This document shows positions 1 to 5,902 of a stretch of DNA of 5,902 nucleotides, one piece after another. The notes under the pieces are model-generated. The model searched no databases, was not told the DNA's origin, and saw only the letters and a program-made list of their open reading frames with translations. A program made the position numbers and the translations under genes. Source of the DNA: Octopus sinensis. Its lineage: Eukaryota. Position 1 is the first letter of the stretch. The number at the start of each line of letters is the position of its first letter. The DNA is taken from assembly GCF_006345805.1 (NCBI RefSeq), contig NW_021829471.1:1-5902 (forward strand), read 5' to 3'.

Positions 1-189
1 TTACAAGCAAATAAATAAACATTAAAATCAAATACACTCTTTATATAAATTGTTGTATCTTTTATTTATTTCTGTTCACATTCCAATATATCATGTATTC
101 CAAGTGTACATAGGTTTATGTGTAACCCGTAACCCAGACATAAATCTTGTGTACTTAACACCGATAACTAAAATACTTGATGAATAGTT

Positions 190-258
190 TGAAACGGGGC
201 CTGCACTTCGCATCCGGCCTGGGGCCTATTAGCATCTTTGCACGTGGTTACAGTACTG
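190..258. mobile_element. Possible decayed end of a hAT-like DNA transposon/MITE
   Basis: GC-rich patch with GGGGCC twice (196-201, 221-226) ending in GTTACAGTACTG (247-258). Its reverse complement CAGTACTGTAAC resembles CAGTGGCGTAAC-type hAT termini (from recall). No partner TIR or 8-bp TSD is visible in the window. Confidence 0.25.
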
Positions 259-289
259 TGTAGGGTCTATAATAATGAAAGTATCAATT

Positions 290-595
290 CTTATGATTGA
301 CGGTCAGAGGTCTCAAGACAGGTCCATCGCTTCACCCCACACGTTGCGGTCTCGTGCCAGTGTCCTTCTCGCGCAGTCTTTGATGACATTGTTCAAGCTT
401 TTTTTTTTATTTTTCGCGCACCCACAAGCAAAATATTTCTATTCTTCCAGCCCCACCGAGGTGGTGCATGCGGAGATAACGCAATAACGTGACCAAAATA
501 TTGCAGTTTTCGCCGTTTCGTCGGTCATCTTAACCAACTTTTGTCCCGTTCCCATCTCCTATAGGAGGAATCAATCGTCCGTTCCACGAGTCGGC
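290..595 (-). mobile_element. Degenerate 3' fragment of an RTE-clade LINE (C-terminus of the ORF), frameshifted
   Basis: Manual minus-strand translation: 518-480 reads KRRKLQYFGHVIA (compare BovB/RTE KLQYFGHLMR). 399-313, in another frame, reads SLNNVIKDCARRTLARDRNVWGEAMDLS* (compare the RTE A.DR..W terminal motif). Upstream remnants SW.. (~589) and EMGTGQKLVK (~558-529) are in the expected order. Frameshifts and stops are present. Confidence 0.75.
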
Positions 596-608
596 CAAAC
601 AAACTTGG

Positions 609-713
609 AGTGCTCGCCCGGAGCGCGTTATCTGAAACGCTCTTAGTCTCTTGTTATCAAGTGCTCAGAGCGCGTTACGTCCAACGACATCAGCAGATTG
701 TTATCAAGAGCTC
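609..713. repeat. Degenerate short direct repeats, ~47-51 bp period
   Basis: AGTGCTC..GAGCGCGTTA at 609-630 and 660-677; TTGTTATCAAG(T/A)GCTC at 651-666 and 698-713 (15/16 identical). Confidence 0.6.
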
Positions 714-1053
714 TCCCGATCCAAGAAAATTATATGGTTTTGCTGTATCTTAGGAAGGTCGTTATGCCAATATCTATAAAATACTAACAATAAAACGTTG
801 TGCTAATTCAAAAAGTAAACGACAATGAAACTCTTTTCTGCTCTTTCGATAAAGGCTAGGATTTTTGCTCAATTTGATTAGAAAACACTAAAAGCTTGAT
901 ACTTTTAAGACCCGATGTTTCCTATAGTATTAACTGACAGTGAACATAAACTGGTTGCAGCAGCTGGACGATGTCATTTTACAGGTTTTATCCATCACCA
1001 GTTGACATGGACAAACGTTTGACCATTACAGACTCCACCCGCACGACTTCAGT

Positions 1054-1088
1054 TCAAGTCATAATACACGTCGAGCTCTTTACAACCT
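1054..1088 (-). other. Candidate terminal exon start (E5); the end coordinate is the stop in the phase-1 frame
   Basis: Acceptor GTGTTCTTGTAG (AG at 1090-1089) right after a (TG)n tract. All three frames stop within ~40 nt. The phase-1 frame reads (E/Q)VVKSSTCIMT*. Confidence 0.3.
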
Positions 1089-1096
1089 CTACAAGA

Positions 1097-1170
1097 ACAC
1101 ACATACAAACACACACACACACACACACAACACACCCACACACACACCACACCACCCACACACCCACACA
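1097..1170. repeat. (CA)n microsatellite, imperfect
   Basis: Direct inspection. Confidence 0.95.
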
Positions 1171-1175
1171 GATTT

Positions 1176-1500
1176 AATATATATATGTAGGCATTACAAC
1201 ACACTTACACATTATATATATTTCTTCTATATATATATATTGAGATATGTACATATATACATACACAACTACAAAATATAATATATATATATATATTATC
1301 TATATATATATATTATACATTCATATATATATACATTATAATATATATACTATAGGTCACGTATCTATCTACTCTACTACTATCTACTACTATACTATCT
1401 ATCTATCTATCTATCTATCGATCTATCTATCTATATATATACCCTATTCATATATAATATATATATATATAGTAGAGAGAGAGATAGATAGATATATGCA
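1176..1500. repeat. Compound (TA)n / (CTAT)n / (GA)n low-complexity tract
   Basis: TA runs throughout; (CTAT)n at ~1396-1434. Confidence 0.9.
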
Positions 1501-1527
1501 TTATTTTAATTCAAAGTACATATCATA

Positions 1528-1553
1528 TACTACTACTGCTACTACTACTGCTA

Positions 1554-1605
<52 letters not shown>
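1528..1605. repeat. (TAC)n trinucleotide microsatellite
   Basis: Near-perfect TAC/CTA run; it explains the poly-Tyr end of ORF 1247..1606. Confidence 0.95.
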
Positions 1606-1673
1606 ATGCTAATGCTAAGTCTGATAATTTCAAATGTACGCTACACAGATTGAACCTAAACTAATAAACTTAC

Positions 1674-1727
1674 TAATGAGAAAGTATTAACTGAGAAAAA
1701 TTGAGAATAGGAAAGGTTTTTGCATCA
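1674..1727 (-). other. Candidate 54-nt internal exon (E4)
   Basis: Strong acceptor CCCTTTTTCTCTCCACAG (AG at 1729-1728) and consensus donor GTAAGT (1673-1668). Only the phase 2-2 frame is open throughout: DAKTFPILNFSQLILSH. Confidence 0.45.
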
Positions 1728-1802
1728 CTGTGGAGAGAAAAAGGGATCATCTGATTAGTTCTTGCTTTAGTTCCTTGTTGACCGAAAGAAATGAGCAGCC
1801 CC

Positions 1803-1898
1803 CTATTTTTGTTTCAGCTGGATCCCATTTCTGTCCACCGAGAGATACCAGTCCGCAAGGCTTCTCTGCATTTCATAGCGTAGATTAAAAACACCTTT
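1803..1898 (-). CDS. Candidate coding exon (E3) of an unidentified gene
   Basis: Strong acceptor TGTTTCTTTTCAG (AG at 1900-1899). Phase 0 reads KGVFNLRYEMQRSLADWYLSVDRNGIQLKQK* (TAG 1805-1803). Phase 2 reads KVFLIYAMKCREALRTG... A weak donor TG|GTATCT would end the exon at 1849 and leave a 121-nt intron before E4. No homologue recognised. Confidence 0.4.
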   Translation of the reverse strand, partial: KGVFNLRYEMQRSLADWYLSVDRNGIQLKQK

Positions 1899-1913
1899 CT
1901 GAAAAGAAACAGT

Positions 1914-2180
1914 ACACACACACACCCATGCATGCATGTATGTATGTATGTATGCATCTATCTAACTTTATATGCATAATAAATTTATACACAGACGCAC
2001 ACACAGACGCATACAAACAAGTTACATGTATACATACGTGTATATATATGTATTTATATATGTATATATATTATATATATATATATATATAACATACACA
2101 TATTATATATGTAATATATATATATATATATATAATATATACATATATATTATATATATATATATTAAATATATATATTT
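1914..2180. repeat. Compound (CA)n / (TATG)n / (TA)n microsatellite tract
   Basis: Direct inspection. Confidence 0.9.
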
Positions 2181-2184
2181 TTTT

Positions 2185-2406
2185 CTTTTTCTTTTGTTTC
2201 AGTCATTTGACTGCAGCCATGCTGGAGCACCAGGTTTAGTCGAACAAATCGACCCCAGGACTTTATTTTTGTACTTATTCTACCGGCGTCTATTGCCGAA
2301 CCGCTAAGTTACGGGGCCGTAAACTCACCATCATCGATTGCCAAGCGATGATGCGGGATAGACAACACACACACAGATATATATATATATATAATATATA
2401 TATATC

Positions 2407-2444
<38 letters not shown>

Positions 2445-2604
2445 CGATGGGCTTCTTTCAGTTTCCACCAACCAAATCCAATCATAAGGCTTTGGTCGGC
2501 CCGAGGCTATAGTAGAAGGCACTTGCTCAAGGTGCGACGCAGCGGGACTGAACCCTGAACCACGTGGTTGGTGTGCAATCTCCTTACCACGCAGCCTCTT
2601 CTGC
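2185..2604 (-). mobile_element. tRNA-derived SINE, copy A (octopus-type family, more diverged head)
   Basis: Collinear with 5148-5568 over its whole length. B-box-like GGTTCAGTCC on the minus strand (2554-2545), degenerate A box near 2595-2585, internal (CA)/(TA) tract at ~2365-2443, T-rich (minus-strand A-rich) tail at ~2178-2195. Confidence 0.9.
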
Positions 2605-3165
2605 GTATATTTACATATATGTATATTGATGTATAGATATAAGCGCGCAAGTATGTATGTGTCAAGGTGTATATATGTGTGTGTCTGTGTGTATGTGCGT
2701 GTGTGTGGGTGTATGTGTGTGTGTGTACTTATATATACACGAAGGTACTTACATATTGATAAATACATCCTTACGATGCTAGGAACAGATATAATACACA
2801 CATAGACTACCTGTGCACGTGCGTGTTTGTATGTGTTTGCTCGCGCGTGTGCGTCTGTCTGTGCGTGTATGTGTGTGTATGTGTATGTGCGTGCGTGCGT
2901 GTACGTGTGTTTGGTATATATTCACGCCATGCGAATTACAAAATAGCAAGAAAGACAGTTTTCATTTTTATTAAGTCCGGTTATAGGAAAACGGAGAATA
3001 GACGATTTGTATGTGTGTGTGTGTGTGTGTGTATTACATAAATATACACACATTCATATATACACACATTCAAACATACACACACTCATACATACACACA
3101 CACACGTATACATGCAAACACAAATGCACCGTGCCATTACACGTACACACAAACACATGTACAAT
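2605..3165. repeat. Clustered (TG)n/(CGTG)n and (CA)n/(TA)n microsatellites with short unique spacers
   Basis: TG-rich at ~2675-2725, 2820-2910 and 3011-3032; CA-rich at ~3044-3160. Confidence 0.85.
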
Positions 3166-3273
3166 AAACACAGATAAACCCATGCCTCCGTATAGTATAT
3201 TGGTATATTTGTGTATATCATGTCCGAGCCAGGAGGGAAACGATACCGGTACGAACATTGTTTGAATTACAGG

Positions 3274-3456
3274 ATATATATATATATATATATATAATAT
3301 ATATAATATATTAAATTTAACACTCGTTTTTGTATGAGTACACCATGACACATTCTAGTAGTCAACATCTCGTGTATAAAACATATATTTATTCATACGT
3401 AGATACATTCATTATATATATATTATATATATATCTATATACATATAATATATATA

Positions 3457-3496
<40 letters not shown>

Positions 3497-3615
3497 GTTG
3501 TGTATATACGCATGTATATATATATATATGTATATGTATGCATGTATTATATATATATATATTTGTATGTATGTGTGTATGTATGTATGTATGTATATAT
3601 ATAGATATATATTAT

Positions 3616-3664
<49 letters not shown>

Positions 3665-3690
3665 GATATATATATATATATAGATGTATT
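3274..3690. repeat. (TA)n / (TATG)n microsatellite tract
   Basis: Direct inspection. Confidence 0.9.
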
Positions 3691-3696
3691 ATGTAA

Positions 3697-3891
3697 TGAG
3701 GGGGTGTTGAAACAGTTCCTGGCTGTGGGTAAAGAAACTACAAGCGAATCAGTTAATTATTATTTTATTCAACGTAATTCCCCCCCAGATGCACACCTAT
3801 TGCAGCGGTCCTTCGTTTTCTACCCCAAAAAGAACTCACAAGACCTTTCACGACACCCTTAAAAAACCAGGAACTTTTCTGCGCCTCCTCG
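3697..3891. mobile_element. Non-autonomous Tc1/mariner-type MITE (~195 bp)
   Basis: Terminal inverted repeats: left TGAGGGGGTGTTGAAACAGTTCCTGGCT (3697-3724) vs reverse complement of right CGAGGAGGCGCAGAAAAGTTCCTGGTT (3865-3891), 21/28 matches by hand. The CGAGGG terminus is typical of mariner elements. It lies between TA tracts; the immediate TA TSDs appear mutated (AA, CA). No transposase. Confidence 0.8.
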
Positions 3892-3892
3892 C

Positions 3893-3935
3893 ATATATAT
3901 ATGTGTGTGTGTTTTATATATATATATATAATATA

Positions 3936-3975
<40 letters not shown>

Positions 3976-3992
3976 GTGTGTGTGTGTGCGTG
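3893..3992. repeat. (TA)n/(TG)n microsatellite
   Basis: Direct inspection. Confidence 0.9.
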
Positions 3993-4036
3993 CTTTTAGT
4001 TTATTTGTGGAACAGTGTATCTCCAAGCACTCATAC

Positions 4037-4141
4037 GTAAAGCTATTAACCATAGCAATATAAATATTGACCTGAAGAACTGAAAACCCTCTTTCGATAG
4101 AAAAATACAAAGGCTGGCCGTTGGAGACGAACCCGCAACTC
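4037..4141 (-). other. Candidate exon (E2), 105 nt, or 70 nt with the alternative donor
   Basis: Acceptor TTGACGTCATGTCTACAG (AG at 4143-4142; TTGAC is branch-point-like, pyrimidine tract weak). Donors GTATGA (4036-4031) or CAG|GTCAAT (4071-4066). Phase 1 reads VAGSSPTASLCIFLSKEGFQFFRSIFILLWLIAL; phase 2 reads SCGFVSNGQPLYFSIERGFSVLQVNIYIAMVNSF. Confidence 0.3.
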
Positions 4142-4156
4142 CTGTAGACATGACGT

Positions 4157-4161
<5 letters not shown>

Positions 4162-4195
<34 letters not shown>

Positions 4196-4326
4196 AATAT
4201 ACGTGTGTGTGTGTGTATTTATATATATTCATATATACAAATACAGGTATATATGTTTATATAGATATGAGTATATTTGCATACACCCACATACACACAT
4301 GATATATATATATACAGACATATGTA

Positions 4327-4372
<46 letters not shown>

Positions 4373-4409
4373 TATATATATATATGTAATGTATATATGC
4401 ATATATATA

Positions 4410-4452
<43 letters not shown>

Positions 4453-4525
4453 AATATAATTATATATACATATTTATATATATATGTATGTTTCATATAT
4501 GTATTATATTTTATTTTTTATATAT

Positions 4526-4558
<33 letters not shown>

Positions 4559-4666
4559 AATACATAATCTATATATAATATATATACATACATTTACGCA
4601 CATTTGTGTTTGTATATGTAACTAGGTATGTATGTATATATACTTATATATATACTTATATATATA

Positions 4667-4710
<44 letters not shown>

Positions 4711-4732
4711 GCATGTCTGTATGTGTATACAT
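4162..4732. repeat. Long (TA)n-dominated low-complexity tract
   Basis: Direct inspection; includes three (TA)nCT-type units at ~4633-4670. Confidence 0.92.
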
Positions 4733-4785
4733 ACTTGAAATGAAGCGTTAATATCTAAAAGACTACAGCGAAGAAAAGATCTTAC

Positions 4786-4839
4786 TGGCCATAACTGCGT
4801 TTCTCTCTCACGTCTTCGTTCAAAGTCGTTGTTCAGTTT
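4786..4839 (-). CDS. Candidate 54-nt exon (E1) of an unidentified gene
   Basis: Acceptor CCGCCTTGCTGGCAG (AG at 4841-4840) and donor GTAAGA (4785-4780). Only the phase 0-0 frame is fully open: KLNNDFERRRERETQLWP. Alternatively it is mostly 5'UTR, with a good-context ATG (GTTATGG) at 4792-4790. Confidence 0.45.
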
Positions 4840-4911
4840 CTGCCAGCAAGGCGGACACACGAACACACAGGCAAGACTAATTGAAATGTATATCAAACGC
4901 AACTTTCTAAT

Positions 4912-5021
4912 TCTCTCTCTCTCGCTCTCTCTCCCCTCCCCCTCTTCTCGATCCCTCTCTCTCTCTCGCTTCTCTTCCGCTCTCTCTCTTTCTGTGTCTT
5001 TCTCTCTCTCTCTCTCTCTCT
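4912..5021. repeat. (CT)n polypyrimidine/polypurine microsatellite
   Basis: Direct inspection. Confidence 0.95.
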
Positions 5022-5054
5022 GATTCTAGTTTGTTTCCCATCAAACTTTCACTA

Positions 5055-5147
5055 ACACACACACATACACACTTTGAAGTATATGTATGTATACATAAAC
5101 AAATATATATATATATACATACACACACATATATATATATATATACA
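5055..5147. repeat. (CA)n/(TA)n microsatellite
   Basis: Direct inspection. Confidence 0.88.
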
Positions 5148-5365
5148 CTTTTACTCTTTTACTTGTTTCAGTCATTTGACTGCGGCCATGCTGGAGCACC
5201 GCCTTTAGTCGAGCAACTCGACCCCGGGACTTATTCTTTGTAAGCCCAGTACTTATTCTAACGGTCTCTTTTGCCGAACCGCTAAGTAACGGGGACGTAA
5301 ACACACCAGCATCGGTTGTCAAGCAATGCTAGGGGGGGGGGACAAACACAGACACACAAACACAA

Positions 5366-5406
<41 letters not shown>

Positions 5407-5568
5407 TACGACAGGCTTCTGTCAGTTTCCGTCTACCAAATCCACTCACAAGGCATTGGTCGGACCGGGGCTATAGTAGAAGACACTTGCCCAAGATGCC
5501 ACGCAGTGGGACTGAACCCGGAACCATGTGGTTGGTTAGCAAGCTACTTACCACACAGCCACTCCTAC
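5148..5568 (-). mobile_element. tRNA-derived SINE, copy B (apparently full length)
   Basis: On the minus strand: A box TGGCTGTGTGG (5561-5551), B-box-like GGTTCAGTCC (5518-5509), then GGCATCTTGGGCAAGTGTCTT (similar to the start of the CORE domain), an internal (TA)n(TG)n tract (~5347-5408), a 3' stem-loop CAGTC-N4-GACTG (5169-5182) and a tandem tail (AGTAAAAG)2. It matches my recollection of the abundant Octopus SINEs. Confidence 0.92.
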
Positions 5569-5656
5569 ATAGATGCACACGTACGTACATATATGCATAC
5601 ATACATAGAAACATTCACACACATTCACACACACATACACACACACACACACACAT
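5569..5656. repeat. (CA)n-rich spacer between the inverted SINEs
   Basis: Direct inspection. Confidence 0.85.
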
Positions 5657-5657
5657 A

Positions 5658-5826
5658 GGCACAGGAGTGGCTGTGTGGTAAGTTGCTTGCGTACCAACCA
5701 TATGGTTCCGGGATCATTCCCGCGGCGTGGCACCTTCGGCAAGTGTCTTCTACCATAGCCTTGTGAGTGGATTTGGTAGACGGAAATTAAAAGAATCCCG
5801 TCGTATATAGGTATATATATATATAT

Positions 5827-5864
<38 letters not shown>

Positions 5865-5902
5865 CGTGTCTGCGTTTGTCCTTCCAACATTGCTTGACAA
5901 CC
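5658..5902 (+). mobile_element. tRNA-derived SINE, copy C (5' part; runs off the window)
   Basis: GGCACAGGAG-TGGCTGTGTGG A box (5668-5678), mutated B box GGATCATTCC (5711-5720), GGCACCTTCGGCAAGTGTCTT, internal (TA)n(TG)n at ~5804-5870. Reverse-complement similar to 5314-5566. Confidence 0.92.

Noticed and set aside
275-487. 70-aa plus-strand ORF
   Set aside because: It is the antisense of the RTE LINE relic and has no independent coding signal.
556-567. Perfect 12-bp palindrome CTCCTATAGGAG with an AGGAGG Shine-Dalgarno-like motif
   Set aside because: Expected by chance at this length, lies within the LINE relic, and a ribosome-binding site is irrelevant in a eukaryotic nuclear sequence.
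609-713. CRISPR-like repeat-spacer pattern
   Set aside because: Only two or three short, degenerate, interleaved repeats, in a eukaryotic context with no cas genes.
975-1060. Plus-strand acceptor CATTTTACAG|G opening FYPSPVDMDKRLTITDSTRTTSVQ
   Set aside because: No convincing donor and no other plus-strand exon candidates; the minus-strand chain is better supported.
3170-3273. Unique island as a further exon
   Set aside because: No suitable acceptor/donor pair found bounding it on the minus strand.
1803-4141. Superficial resemblance of candidate exon peptides to FGF (WYLSVDRNG), reelin repeats (CGFVSNGQPLYFS) or TRP-channel S6 (VNIYIAMVNSF)
   Set aside because: The matches are short, point to unrelated families and lack flanking family motifs, so no gene name is assigned.
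4113-4150. tRNA T-loop/B-box-like GCGGGTTCGTCTCC on the minus strand
   Set aside because: The T-stem does not pair and there is no A box. It could be a very old SINE remnant, which would weaken candidate exon E2, but it is not supportable as a feature.
1972-5243. Recurrent peptide LFQSFDC.HAGAP.LVEQ.DP in two ORFs, suggesting paralogous genes
   Set aside because: It is the antisense translation of the SINE 3' end in copies A and B.
5658-5730. tRNA gene
   Set aside because: A/B-box-like motifs are present, but I could not build a convincing cloverleaf and the sequence continues into the SINE body. It is a tRNA-derived SINE head.
971-5742. Supplied ORFs rich in YI/HT/CV/SL/ER dipeptides and poly-Tyr
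   Set aside because: They are translations of (TA)n, (CA)n, (TG)n, (CT)n and (TAC)n microsatellites and of SINE or MITE sequence, not proteins.

Overview
Eukaryotic, AT-rich, microsatellite-dense genomic DNA. It is most likely from an octopus (coleoid cephalopod), judged from my recall of the repeat family and not from a search. It is not prokaryotic: there is no operon, CRISPR array or intact long CDS, and the supplied ORFs are largely read-through of (TA)n/(CA)n/(CT)n/(TAC)n tracts and SINEs. Supportable content: (1) three copies of one tRNA-derived SINE family (~2185-2604 minus, ~5148-5568 minus, 5658 to window end plus), the last two forming a head-to-head inverted pair; (2) a ~195-bp Tc1/mariner-type MITE (3697-3891); (3) a frameshifted 3' fragment of an RTE-clade LINE (~290-595 minus); (4) a possible hAT-like end near 190-258; (5) a chain of five unique-sequence segments that each begin with a minus-strand splice acceptor (4839, 4141, 1898, 1727, 1088), several with GT donors. 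This suggests an unidentified multi-exon minus-strand transcript with short exons, whose reading frame I cannot fix from sequence alone. I found no firm evidence of a new biological system; the candidate spliced gene and the inverted SINE pair are the best leads.
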